Of a DNA stretch of 64,000 nt, positions 27,874 through 37,195 are shown in pieces. Numbering within the stretch: the stretch's first letter is position 1; each line of letters begins with the position of its first letter. A program made the translations under genes and the position numbers. Under the pieces are notes generated by a model. It saw only the letters and a program-made list of their open reading frames with translations, was not told the DNA's origin and searched no databases. This DNA is from Candidatus Eubacterium faecigallinarum (GTDB lineage: Bacteria; Bacillota; Clostridia; Oscillospirales; Acutalibacteraceae), in assembly GCA_019115455.1 (NCBI GenBank), contig DXDN01000006.1, positions 75,463 to 139,462 of the forward strand, given 5' to 3'.

Positions 27874-28563
27874 TTATTTTTCAAACATCGGGTTGTGAAT
27901 AATGCACTCGCAGCTGTCCCCGGCTACAATAAAATGGTCAATCAGGGTAATGCTGACGTTTTTCAGAGTATTACGCAGATTAAAAGTAAAATCAATATCA
28001 CTTCCGGAGGCAAAAGCTTCTCCCGAAGGGTGATTGTGAGCTATAAAGACGTAAGCCGCATTATCCATTAACGCATTTTTGAGAATTTTACCTACATCTA
28101 CGTTAGTGCTGTTCACACTTCCCTCACTAATCAGATAAGTGCAAATAATAGAGCCGTTATTTTTTAAATTTACCTGAATAACTTTTTCAACTGTCTGTGT
28201 TTTTAATTCGTTAATGCAGAATCGTTTTGCATCTTCAAGAGTAATAATTCTCTTAACATCGGCATTATGATTTTTGACGATTCTGTCGTTTATCTTCTTG
28301 ATACATGTAAGAGCGACCGCTGTGGATTCGCCTATTCCGCTGACATTCATAAGCTCTCTTGGCGATGCGTTTATCACGCCTTCTAATGAACCGAATGTAT
28401 TGATAAGCTCATAGGAAAGATTCTTAACATCCCGTCTGGGAATAATTACCGACAAAAACAATTCAAGCAGATTGTGGTCAGGAGCATTATCCATTCCTCC
28501 GGACAGATAGGTTTCCCTAATTCTTGCCCTGTGCCCTTCCCTGCTCAGTTTATTATCAGCCAA
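27874..28563 (-). CDS. radC: RadC-family JAB/MPN domain protein (UPF0758)
   Basis: N-terminal HhH-like region (SPRELMNVSGIGESTA) and JAMM motif HNHPSGE. TTG start preceded by GGGAG. Confidence 0.85.
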   Translation of the reverse strand: MADNKLSREGHRARIRETYLSGGMDNAPDHNLLELFLSVIIPRRDVKNLSYELINTFGSLEGVINASPRELMNVSGIGESTAVALTCIKKINDRIVKNHNADVKRIITLEDAKRFCINELKTQTVEKVIQVNLKNNGSIICTYLISEGSVNSTNVDVGKILKNALMDNAAYVFIAHNHPSGEAFASGSDIDFTFNLRNTLKNVSITLIDHFIVAGDSCECIIHNPMFEK

Positions 28564-28580
28564 GATTCATTCTCCCTTTC

Positions 28581-28835
28581 TCACCATTTCCTGTTGTCAT
28601 AATCAGGACACTTTTTATCCTTAAAAACAGCGCGTACCTCTGCATAGCAGCCGCATTTCAAACACATACCGGATATAAGATTATCGCATTTTCTGCATTC
28701 CTCAAGCCTGTTTTGATATATTTCACTGCTCACCTTAAGCTCAGGACTGATTGTGGAAATATACTCTTTTACAGATTCAAAGGACTTGCTTTTTCCGCTT
28801 TCAAGAAGCAGGCACCTTTTGCAGTTTTCAATCAT
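28581..28835 (-). CDS. Small Cys-rich protein (DUF6171-like), putative metal-binding
   Basis: 84 aa with CKRC...CRKC...CLKCGC...C spacing. Its ATG overlaps the stop of the upstream GH51 gene (ATGA). Confidence 0.5.
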   Translation of the reverse strand: MIENCKRCLLLESGKSKSFESVKEYISTISPELKVSSEIYQNRLEECRKCDNLISGMCLKCGCYAEVRAVFKDKKCPDYDNRKW

Positions 28836-30319
28836 CTTTCGATAATAAACTTAACTACGGCGCACGGTGGAATCGTTGCGGTAAAACCGTCTGAAAGCTT
28901 TCTGTAATCGTTAAATTCCTGAATTGCCACAACATTGTTGTTGTCAAAATCATTCTTGTCATGAATATCTCCGCTGATAATGCTGGCGGTTATGGATTTC
29001 ACCTTACTGTCAGCAATTTGACATTTAATTTTTGCTGATTTTGTAGCACTTACGTTGGCAACAGTGGAGCAAATTGTTCCGTTTTCATCAATAGAAGCAG
29101 ATTCAATAAGCTGAGGACAAGATCTTTTTATATCTTTGCACTCAATATCATCGGAAGTTATATACGAACCGACAAGCGTATTGTTCTGATGGTCCTTATA
29201 CATTTTAAACACATGATAAGTTGGGGTAAGCACCATTTTTTCAGCGTCTGTAAGAATAACCGACTGCAAAACATTAACTGTCTGTGCAATATTAGCCATC
29301 ATTACTCTGTCAGCATGCTTATTGAAAATATTAAGGGTCAATGCAGCAACCATAGCGTCACGCATTGTATTTTGCTGATATAAGAATCCGGGATTTGTAC
29401 CAGGCTCAACATCGTACCATGTTCCCCATTCGTCAATGATAAGCTGTACCCAGCGCTGAGGATTAACTGCGTCCATAACAGCCAGATGATTTCTTATCAG
29501 TTCCTCCATTTTGTACGCCTTGCACACGGCTCTGTAATATTCATTTGTGTTAAACTCAGTTGCCGAGCCCTTATTTTCCCAATTATCGCCTACAACTGTG
29601 TAGTAATGCAGAGCAATGCAGTCAGCCTTGTGCTTTACCTTTTCCATAACTTCTTTAGTCCAGTGATAGTCGTCACCGTTAGGGCCGCATGCTACTCTTT
29701 TTATTTTCTCACAGCCGTCATAATTTCTGACATAAGTATTATACCTTTTATATAGATCTCCGTAATACTCCGGGTCCATATTTCCGCCGCAGCCCCATGA
29801 TTCGTTTCCGACGCCGAAATATTTAACCTTCCAAGGTTTATCCTGACCGTTTTCCCTGCGAAGCTGAGCCATTGGTGAAACGCCGTCAAAGGTCATATAC
29901 TCTACCCATTCACTCATCTCAGCCACAGTTCCTGAGCCAACATTCCCGTTAATATATGTATCACATCCAAGCTGGCGGCAGAGTTCAAAATATTCGTGCG
30001 TGCCGAATGAATTGTCCTCAACTACTCCGCCCCAATGGGTGTTTATCATTTTTTTCCTGTTTTCTGCCGGACCGATTCCGTCCTTCCAGTGATACTCGTC
30101 GGCAAAGCAGCCGCCCGGCCAGCGAAGAACGGGAATTCCCATTTCTTTTAGAGCGGCAACTACATCCTTTCTCATTCCGTTTACGTTAGGAATTTTAGAT
30201 TCCTTACCGACAAAGATACCGTCATATATACAACGACCAAGATGCTCGGCAAAATGACCGTAAATATCTTTATTGATTGTGCTTATTTTTTGGTTAGGGT
30301 TTATAAGGTACTTTTCCAT
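28832..30319 (-). CDS. abfA: Alpha-L-arabinofuranosidase, GH51 family
   Basis: 495 aa; the N-terminus [21 protein letters not shown] and GNE..G catalytic region (FGVGNESWG) are typical of GH51. Confidence 0.85.
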   Translation of the reverse strand: MEKYLINPNQKISTINKDIYGHFAEHLGRCIYDGIFVGKESKIPNVNGMRKDVVAALKEMGIPVLRWPGGCFADEYHWKDGIGPAENRKKMINTHWGGVVEDNSFGTHEYFELCRQLGCDTYINGNVGSGTVAEMSEWVEYMTFDGVSPMAQLRRENGQDKPWKVKYFGVGNESWGCGGNMDPEYYGDLYKRYNTYVRNYDGCEKIKRVACGPNGDDYHWTKEVMEKVKHKADCIALHYYTVVGDNWENKGSATEFNTNEYYRAVCKAYKMEELIRNHLAVMDAVNPQRWVQLIIDEWGTWYDVEPGTNPGFLYQQNTMRDAMVAALTLNIFNKHADRVMMANIAQTVNVLQSVILTDAEKMVLTPTYHVFKMYKDHQNNTLVGSYITSDDIECKDIKRSCPQLIESASIDENGTICSTVANVSATKSAKIKCQIADSKVKSITASIISGDIHDKNDFDNNNVVAIQEFNDYRKLSDGFTATIPPCAVVKFIIER

Positions 30320-30348
30320 AATATTTCTCCGTTATTTTAATCTATTTC

Positions 30349-30413
30349 ACATTATCACATCACCGTTAGATTGTCAATAAAGTATTGACATATAATATTA
30401 ATATTGCTATAAT
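30349..30413. promoter_or_regulatory. Divergent sigma-A promoters for abfA (minus) and the M24 peptidase (plus), sharing a palindrome
   Basis: Plus strand: TTGACA (30385-30390) - 17 nt - TATAAT (30408-30413). Minus strand: TTGACA (rc of 30372-30377) - 17 nt - TAATGT. The two -35 boxes form the inverted repeat TGTCAATA-aag-TATTGACA. Confidence 0.6.
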
Positions 30414-30444
30414 ATCCCTATAATTTTAATAGGAATTTATGAAT

Positions 30445-31515
30445 ATGAGACTTGAAAAATTAATTAAACTTGTAAAAGACAAAAATGCCGATGCGGCATT
30501 ACTTTTAAACGAAAGTAATATGCATTATGCCTGCGGCTTTTCGCCCAGCGAAGGTGCGGTATTGATAACTGCATCGGGAGAAGGTTATCACCTTGTGGAT
30601 TCGAGATACACTGAAACTGCTGTAAACCAAGCAAAAAAAAGCGGACTTAAAGTAATTGAAATAAACAAATCATTTACCGATGAAATAAGAGATTTGTGTT
30701 TGCAATACAATGTAAAAAACATTTTATTTGAAAATGAAACAATATCTTTCAGTGCTTACAACAAGTACCGAGAAATCCTTGAGGGAATCGAATTTACAGG
30801 GCTTGATAATTCAGTAATGGCACTGAGAAATGTTAAAGATATTGATGAAATCGAAATGATAAAAAAGGCAAACAACATTGCGGAAAAGTCATTTCAGGAG
30901 CTTTTAAACGAAGTTAAGCCGGGAAAAAGCGAACGTGAACTTGCGGCGCTTTTTGACTATATTATGGCAAAAAACGGCTCTCACGGTGTTAGCTTTGACA
31001 CTATTCTTCTGACGGGAACACACACTTCAATGCCCCATGGGGTTCCTGATGACAGGCTTATTCAGGACGGTGATTTTGTTCTGTTTGATTTCGGAGCAAC
31101 ATACTGCGGCTACCACTCTGACATGACAAGAACAGTTGCAGTAGGTCATGCAACAGACGAAATGGCAGACGCATACAATCTTGTTTTAAAGGCTCAAAAA
31201 GCAGGAATAAAAGCGCTTGGCGACGGAGTGCGCTGTGCTCACGTGTATCAGGCGGCTTATGATGTTTTGCAGGAAAAGGACATGGGCAAATATTTCCGGC
31301 ACAGCCTTGGTCACGGAGTGGGACTTGACATTCACGAGGGATACAACGCATCTCCAAAAAGCAATGATACTTTTACAGTCGGAAACGTTACCTCGATTGA
31401 GCCGGGAATATATATTCCCGACAAGTTCGGAATCAGGATTGAGGATTTGCTTTATATATCCCCCAGAGGAAGAGAAAACTTTTCTAAAATAACCAAGGAG
31501 CTGATAATTTTATAA
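30445..31515 (+). CDS. M24 family Xaa-Pro aminopeptidase / dipeptidase
   Basis: Creatinase-like N-domain plus pita-bread fold metal ligands (DFG..Y.GY.SD.TRT, HSLGHGVGLDIHE, EPG.Y). The second ATG (30445) has better SD spacing than 30439. Confidence 0.85.
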   Translation: MRLEKLIKLVKDKNADAALLLNESNMHYACGFSPSEGAVLITASGEGYHLVDSRYTETAVNQAKKSGLKVIEINKSFTDEIRDLCLQYNVKNILFENETISFSAYNKYREILEGIEFTGLDNSVMALRNVKDIDEIEMIKKANNIAEKSFQELLNEVKPGKSERELAALFDYIMAKNGSHGVSFDTILLTGTHTSMPHGVPDDRLIQDGDFVLFDFGATYCGYHSDMTRTVAVGHATDEMADAYNLVLKAQKAGIKALGDGVRCAHVYQAAYDVLQEKDMGKYFRHSLGHGVGLDIHEGYNASPKSNDTFTVGNVTSIEPGIYIPDKFGIRIEDLLYISPRGRENFSKITKELIIL

Positions 31516-31516
31516 T

Positions 31517-33628
31517 ATGAAACAGAAATTCACAGTTACGGGAATGAGCTGCGCCGCCTGCTCGGCAAGGGTTGAAAAGGCGGTCGCCCCCATAAGCGAA
31601 AACGTCAGCGTCAATTTGCTTGCCGGCACAATGGTGGCTGAATACGAATGCGACACTGCTGATATTATCAGTGCTGTAAAAGAAGCGGGATACGGCTGTG
31701 AACCGTTTAAGTTAAAGAAAGCGGACAACAAAGCTGAAATCAACGAAATGAAAAAGAGAGTTATAATTTCGGTGATTTTTCTTGTGCCGCTTATGTATCT
31801 CTCAATGGCGCACATGATTGGCTATTCACTCCCCTGGATACTTGGTGAGTATATACCAAACGCCATCGGTCAGATTATTTTTCTTATTCCGATACTGATA
31901 GTAAACAGAAAATTCTTTACAAACGGTATCAAAGCGCTGATAAAACTGAATCCCGATATGGACAGTCTGGTGGCTGTCGGCTCAGGCTCATCACTTATTT
32001 ACAGTATTGTATCAATGTTTCTTTTTGACGAAGGTCATCTGTATTTTGAATCAGCCGGAATGATTCTTGCTCTTATAACGGTTGGCAAATTCCTTGAAAC
32101 ACTGAGCAAGGGCAAAACAAAGGATGCAATCAATTCTTTAATCGACCTCGTGCCTGAAAAAAGTATTATTATGAAAGACGGCAAAGAAACTGAGATAGAA
32201 TCAGCGCTTATCCAGGTGGGTGATTACGTTGTAATCAAACCCGGAATGAGAATTGCCGTGGACGGAATTATAACAGAGGGTGCAGGCTCTGTGGACCAAA
32301 GCGCTGTAACCGGCGAAAGCGTTCCTGTGGACCTGGCTAAAGGAGACAAAGTAATAAGCGGTACTGTTAATAAAAACGGGAATTTTATTTTTAAAGCAAC
32401 TCAGGTTGGTGAAGAGTCTACACTTTCAAGAATAATAGCACTGGTTGAAGACGCTTCTTCCTCAAAAGCTCCTGCTCAGAGACTTGCCGATAAAATAGCC
32501 GCTGTTTTTGTCCCCGTAGTTATTGCTATAGCTATTATTTCTTTTGCTGTTTGGATGATAATCGGAAAAGGATTTGAATTTGCATTTTCAATCGGTGTTT
32601 CGGTTTTAGTAATAAGCTGTCCCTGCGCTCTTGGTCTTGCGACTCCTTGCGCAATAATGATAGGTACCGGAAAGGGAGCGGAAAACGGAATACTTTTTAA
32701 GGACGCTACCGCACTGGAAAACCTCGGCAAATGCAACACAATAGTATTTGACAAAACAGGCACCATTACCAAAGGTGAGATGTTTGTGACTGATGTTACA
32801 GACACAAATCACCTTGATATAATCTACACCGTTGAAAATATTTCCGATCATCCCATTTCTGTCGCCATATGCAATTACTGCCGTAAAAACGGAGCAAAAC
32901 TTCTACAGGTTGAAAAAAGCGAGTATGTTATAGGCAAAGGTATTGTTGCAGAGATCGGCGGCAAAACTTACAAAGCCGGCAATGAAAAACTTACTGGATT
33001 TGCTGACAACGAATTCTCCTACAGCGGAAAAACGCCTATCATATTCACCTGCAACGACGAGTACCTTTGCACCGTTGCTGTTGCGGATAAGATAAAAGAC
33101 GACGCAAAGGAAACTATCGAAAGCATCAGCGCCGATACAATAATGATAACAGGTGACAACGACCTTACCGCATATGCAATAACCCAACAGGCAGGAATAA
33201 AAAATTATATTGCAAACGCTCTTCCTGACGATAAGGAGAAAAAAATACGTGAGCTTATTGATAAAGGCAAAACGGTTGCCATGATTGGAGACGGTATAAA
33301 CGATTCCCCTGCCCTGACCCGTGCTGACGTGGGAATTGCTATAGGCGCAGGATCCGATATTGCTGTTGAATCGGCGGACGTTGTTCTGGTTTCCGACAAA
33401 TTATCAGACGTTGCAAAGGCAATTCGCCTTTCAAGAAAAACGCTTAAAAACATTCGTGAAAATCTGTTCTGGGCTTTCTTTTATAACTGCCTCGGAATAC
33501 CGCTGGCAGCAGGCGTATTTTACGGTATATTCGGCTGGACGCTCAATCCGATGATTGCCGCCGCCTGCATGAGTTTAAGCTCAGTTACAGTTGTATTAAA
33601 CGCACTAAGACTAAGGAGGTTTAAGTAA
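31517..33628 (+). CDS. copA: Copper-translocating P1B-type ATPase
   Basis: One N-terminal HMA domain (GMSCAACSARVE), the CPC motif (SCPCALGLATP), phosphorylation site DKTGTIT, and GDGINDSPAL. Confidence 0.9.
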   Translation: MKQKFTVTGMSCAACSARVEKAVAPISENVSVNLLAGTMVAEYECDTADIISAVKEAGYGCEPFKLKKADNKAEINEMKKRVIISVIFLVPLMYLSMAHMIGYSLPWILGEYIPNAIGQIIFLIPILIVNRKFFTNGIKALIKLNPDMDSLVAVGSGSSLIYSIVSMFLFDEGHLYFESAGMILALITVGKFLETLSKGKTKDAINSLIDLVPEKSIIMKDGKETEIESALIQVGDYVVIKPGMRIAVDGIITEGAGSVDQSAVTGESVPVDLAKGDKVISGTVNKNGNFIFKATQVGEESTLSRIIALVEDASSSKAPAQRLADKIAAVFVPVVIAIAIISFAVWMIIGKGFEFAFSIGVSVLVISCPCALGLATPCAIMIGTGKGAENGILFKDATALENLGKCNTIVFDKTGTITKGEMFVTDVTDTNHLDIIYTVENISDHPISVAICNYCRKNGAKLLQVEKSEYVIGKGIVAEIGGKTYKAGNEKLTGFADNEFSYSGKTPIIFTCNDEYLCTVAVADKIKDDAKETIESISADTIMITGDNDLTAYAITQQAGIKNYIANALPDDKEKKIRELIDKGKTVAMIGDGINDSPALTRADVGIAIGAGSDIAVESADVVLVSDKLSDVAKAIRLSRKTLKNIRENLFWAFFYNCLGIPLAAGVFYGIFGWTLNPMIAAACMSLSSVTVVLNALRLRRFK

Positions 33629-33629
33629 T

Positions 33630-33845
33630 ATGAAAAAAGTAATCAGCATTGACGGAATGTCCTGCGAACACTGCGCCGCCAGTGTAAAAACAGCGCTGGA
33701 AAATCTTGAAGAAGTTAAATCTGCTAAAGTTGATTTAAAGAAAAAATCTGCCGTAGTTAAACTTAAAGCAGACGTAGCAGACAGCGTACTGACAAACGCA
33801 GTATCAGAAGCAGGATTCACTCCCCTTTCCGTTACAGACAAGTAA
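33630..33845 (+). CDS. copZ: Heavy-metal-associated copper chaperone
   Basis: 71 aa with GMSCEHCAASV (MxCxxC), immediately downstream of copA. Confidence 0.85.
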   Translation: MKKVISIDGMSCEHCAASVKTALENLEEVKSAKVDLKKKSAVVKLKADVADSVLTNAVSEAGFTPLSVTDK

Positions 33846-33857
33846 GTTGCACAAAAC

Positions 33858-33890
33858 AGGCGCAGGATTAACCTGCGCCTTTAATTTATC
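33858..33890 (+). terminator. Terminator after copZ
   Basis: Stem aggcgcagg/cctgcgcct followed by ttaatttatcatttt. Confidence 0.65.
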
Positions 33891-33893
33891 ATT

Positions 33894-34283
33894 TTATACA
33901 TTATAATCTTTTAAATCAGGAAGTTTTTTAAAATTATCAGAATCAGAAAAAAGCTCAAACTGTTCACAGCAAAGCTGGGCAAACTCGTTATCATCTAAGT
34001 TCAAACTGTTTGAATCGTCCTGAACCGATATTGAAAAATAAAAATTATCGTCCTTGATTATAAACCTTTTTTCTGTGCTGAGTATAATCATAAAACATTT
34101 GTAATTTTCATATTCATACTCCTTTATGCTGTCAGGACTGAGCTCTTCAAAGTATTCATCCGTTGTTTCATAAAAAATTTTCTCACCCTTATACTTTGAC
34201 ATCATATAGGGTTTATCACTTTCAAAATAATCGGTGGTTACGGTAACGTCAGCAAAACCGTCACCAACGGCATCTGTAAACAT
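33894..34283 (-). CDS. Hypothetical acidic protein; possibly the out-of-frame C-terminal part of the upstream membrane ORF
   Basis: 129-aa ORF with no SD before either candidate ATG. It overlaps the upstream ORF by 23 nt in another frame and is AT-rich. Confidence 0.3.
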   Translation of the reverse strand: MFTDAVGDGFADVTVTTDYFESDKPYMMSKYKGEKIFYETTDEYFEELSPDSIKEYEYENYKCFMIILSTEKRFIIKDDNFYFSISVQDDSNSLNLDDNEFAQLCCEQFELFSDSDNFKKLPDLKDYNV

Positions 34284-34737
34284 TCAGCAAGTAGTAAGGC
34301 GCAGGTTCATTTATATCTATAAAAGGATAGAATTTCAAATATTCATCATCGGGCGTTTGATATTCATTCATTATATCAGTGTAAACGCCTTTTTCAGAAT
34401 AATTGTTAACAGCGTTGTATGCAGCAAAAGAATTAAAAACGCAAAACAGCAGTACAATAACCAATGACGCAGAAACAAATACCGCCTTTTTTTTCGATTT
34501 AATCAGAAGTGAAATTATCAGAATAATTAAAGAGAACACTCCGGCGATAAATGAAGAAACCGATAGTGATAAAATTAACTCGTAATATCTCAGTTTCGTA
34601 AAACCGTCCGACATTAACAATATGGACAGCGAATTAAATTCCGAAATATTTAAAACATAACTTACAATCAAAAATACCAGCCCTGAGAAAAAGAACAAAA
34701 CTGTTAATACAATATAAAATATATTAATTTTTTTCAT
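34261..34737 (-). CDS. Hypothetical multi-TM membrane protein
   Basis: About four predicted TM helices. I moved the start to the ATG at 34737 (MKKINIF...) because the ORF-track GTG at 34773 lies inside the terminator hairpin of the upstream gene. Confidence 0.45.
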   Translation of the reverse strand: MKKINIFYIVLTVLFFFSGLVFLIVSYVLNISEFNSLSILLMSDGFTKLRYYELILSLSVSSFIAGVFSLIILIISLLIKSKKKAVFVSASLVIVLLFCVFNSFAAYNAVNNYSEKGVYTDIMNEYQTPDDEYLKFYPFIDINEPAPYYLLNVYRCRW

Positions 34738-34740
34738 AAT

Positions 34741-34783
34741 CTTCTTAAAATAAAAATCAACTGTGTTATCCACAGTTGATTTT
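34741..34783 (-). terminator. Rho-independent terminator after the CNNM/HlyC-family gene
   Basis: Perfect 10-bp stem atcaactgtg/cacagttgat (extendable by A:T pairs) followed on the minus strand by ttttatttt. Confidence 0.75.
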
Positions 34784-34791
34784 AATGCAAT

Positions 34792-36126
34792 TTACTCCTT
34801 ATCAGTTTCTCCGTCATCCTGTTTTTTCGTGATAATACAGGATGAAACGGTATGGTCTTTAACATTTAATACACGAATATCAAAAACGTCGGTTTCAACT
34901 GAAAACTGGGTGCCGTCGTTAGGTATCGTACAATAAAGACCGAAAATATAACCGCTGAGGGTTTCATAGGTATCTACAGGTAATTCAACCTTTGTAAGCT
35001 CCGCAACTTCGTCAAGTGAAACGCTGCCCTTAATCTTCCATGATTTCTCGGTCAGTTTAATAATATCGGGGATTTCCTTGCCCTGTTTTTTGTCATTGTC
35101 AAGGTCGCCAACCAACTGTTCAAGAAGGTCGTTCATAGTAATAATACCGACTGTGCCGCCGTACTCATCGAGGACTACGGCAAAGTGATTATGGCTTTGC
35201 TGCATAAGACCGAAAAGCACGTCAATCTTCATAGTCTCAGGCACGTAAATCGGCTGAACGAAAGCATATTTCTGAACCGAGTCATGAGTTCTGTCTTTTA
35301 TTCTGAAAAATTTCTTAGAGTCAAGAACCGCCACAACGTTGTCAATGGAGTTCTTGTAAACAGGATACATACTATGGGTACTCTTAGTAATGATTTCTTC
35401 CCATTTATCGACGTCATCATCAATGTTGATAGCAAGTATTTCCTTCCTGTGGGTGGAAAACTCGCCGGCATCCTTATCGTCAAATTCAAAAACATTGACA
35501 ATCATCTTCTGCTCGTTCTTGTCAATTATACCTTTCTGACTGCCCATATCTACCAGCATACGAATCTCTTCCTCGGATACGTCCTGATCGTTGGAGTGAG
35601 GGTCAATACGAAGCATACGCAGTACAAGGTTTGTTGAAACAGTAAGCAGCCAAACAATCGGAGTAAACATCTTGGACATAATATAAATAAGTCCGGAAAT
35701 GCCCAGCGCAATCTGCTCCGTCTTCTTCATGGCTACACGCTTTGGCACGAGCTCGCCGAAAACCAAGGTAAGATAAGAAAGAATTATCGTGATCACGATA
35801 ACAGAAACGGTGTTGAGAGTTGACGGATTAATGCCCACGCCTAATCCGACTAACCAGTCTACAATCCTGTCGGAAAAATTGTCAGCTGCAAATGCGCTGC
35901 CCAAAAATCCCGAAAGTGTAATCGCTATCTGAATGGTTGACAAGAACCCTGTCGGCACTGAGGTAAGCTTAAGCAGCCGTTTAGCACGCTTATTTCCGTC
36001 CTCAGCAAGCTTTTCAAGCTTAATTTCGTTCATTGAAACTATCGCTATCTCAGCGCTGGCAAATACAGCGTTAATTGCAATAAGAACAGCCTGTATGAAT
36101 AGTTGCCACCCTATCGGTATGTCCAC
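34792..36126 (-). CDS. Hemolysin-family / CNNM protein (DUF21 - CBS pair - CorC_HlyC)
   Basis: 444 aa; a DUF21 N-terminus with four TM helices, a CBS pair region, and a C-terminal CorC/HlyC transporter-associated domain. GTG start 8 nt after GGAGG. Confidence 0.8.
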   Translation of the reverse strand: MDIPIGWQLFIQAVLIAINAVFASAEIAIVSMNEIKLEKLAEDGNKRAKRLLKLTSVPTGFLSTIQIAITLSGFLGSAFAADNFSDRIVDWLVGLGVGINPSTLNTVSVIVITIILSYLTLVFGELVPKRVAMKKTEQIALGISGLIYIMSKMFTPIVWLLTVSTNLVLRMLRIDPHSNDQDVSEEEIRMLVDMGSQKGIIDKNEQKMIVNVFEFDDKDAGEFSTHRKEILAINIDDDVDKWEEIITKSTHSMYPVYKNSIDNVVAVLDSKKFFRIKDRTHDSVQKYAFVQPIYVPETMKIDVLFGLMQQSHNHFAVVLDEYGGTVGIITMNDLLEQLVGDLDNDKKQGKEIPDIIKLTEKSWKIKGSVSLDEVAELTKVELPVDTYETLSGYIFGLYCTIPNDGTQFSVETDVFDIRVLNVKDHTVSSCIITKKQDDGETDKE

Positions 36127-36171
36127 AAATAATTCCTCCGTAATTTCACAAATTTTTGAACTATGATATAA

Positions 36172-36199
36172 ATATTACATAAATGACAGTCAATGTCAA
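36172..36199 (-). promoter_or_regulatory. Sigma-A type promoter for the CNNM-family gene
   Basis: Minus strand reads TTGACA - 16 nt - TAATAT. Confidence 0.55.
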
Positions 36200-36212
36200 G
36201 AAATTTTTTTAA

Positions 36213-37184
36213 TTATCTTTTTTCATAAATCGCCGTTTTGAAGGCTGAATCAATGTCTGTAAGGTATTTGTACTCGTACCATGGCGCTTCTCTTTTTACC
36301 AAATCATTAAGCCAGGGGCAGATGTCCTTGCTGATTATATATTTTATAATGGCAAAATGCTGGCGTATATTTTTGGTAAAATACATATTCTTGAAAAGCT
36401 GAAAATCAGTAAGAAGCAGAAAAACTCCCTGCTGAAATTTCATTCTCGTATTAATCGGAACATCAATAAGCTTCGCTTTTGGTGCAGGGTTCGTATTAAT
36501 ATGCTCAAGATGCTTCTTAAACTCATCGGATACCTCAAGAATATTCTTTTTTCTGATAGTATCCCTGACCGCTTTCCTAACATCTTCATCGTGAAAATAA
36601 CTAATATATATGTCAAGCTGACTCAGCCATAAATTTGCAGTTTCAAGATTGTCAGTATAATCAGAATCATCATTAAGTTTTAAAACATAGAGCACGACAT
36701 CATCTTCAAAAAACTCCCTGTCTTTCAGCGAAAAAGACAATGAGGGATAAAGACTTTTTGTAAAATCAATCAGCGGTGAAAACTCACAGTAATGCTGGGC
36801 AAAAGCACACAGCTCATACATATGCTCTGGGTCAGTTTTTCCCATGGTGTTATTGAAAAGACCTACAAAATTACCCAATTTAAGATAAAAGTTGTAGAGA
36901 TATTCGTTATCTATATGCACTATTCCAAGGTCATTTTCTTTCAGATAAATTGACGGATTTCTCAGCATTGTAGGAACTAAATGCCTTTCCGGGTCATTTA
37001 CCTTTTCACCACGGTAAAAATATTTTTTTCCGCTTAAAAAATCGTCAAGTATTTTGCTTTCAAATTGTTCTACAGTGTCAATTCTTTCGCTTACAGCGCT
37101 GAAATCAAAGTCAAGATCATCGCTGATTTTTGAGTTTATTTCCTTTAGTTTTAACTTCAGGTGATCTCTTGCAGAAAACATCAT
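36213..37184 (-). CDS. FRG domain-containing protein (function unknown)
   Basis: Three motifs I associate with the FRG domain (PF08867): YFYRGE...LVPTMLR, AFAQHYCEFSPLIDFT, and NTRMKFQQGVFLL. The gene is AT-rich compared with its neighbours. Confidence 0.65.
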   Translation of the reverse strand: MMFSARDHLKLKLKEINSKISDDLDFDFSAVSERIDTVEQFESKILDDFLSGKKYFYRGEKVNDPERHLVPTMLRNPSIYLKENDLGIVHIDNEYLYNFYLKLGNFVGLFNNTMGKTDPEHMYELCAFAQHYCEFSPLIDFTKSLYPSLSFSLKDREFFEDDVVLYVLKLNDDSDYTDNLETANLWLSQLDIYISYFHDEDVRKAVRDTIRKKNILEVSDEFKKHLEHINTNPAPKAKLIDVPINTRMKFQQGVFLLLTDFQLFKNMYFTKNIRQHFAIIKYIISKDICPWLNDLVKREAPWYEYKYLTDIDSAFKTAIYEKR

Positions 37185-37195
37185 TAAACTCCAAA

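Noticed and set aside
31510-31815. A 101-aa minus-strand ORF spanning the pepP/copA junction
   Set aside because: It is antisense to the start of copA, hydrophobic junk-like in translation, and has no SD. It is a shadow ORF.
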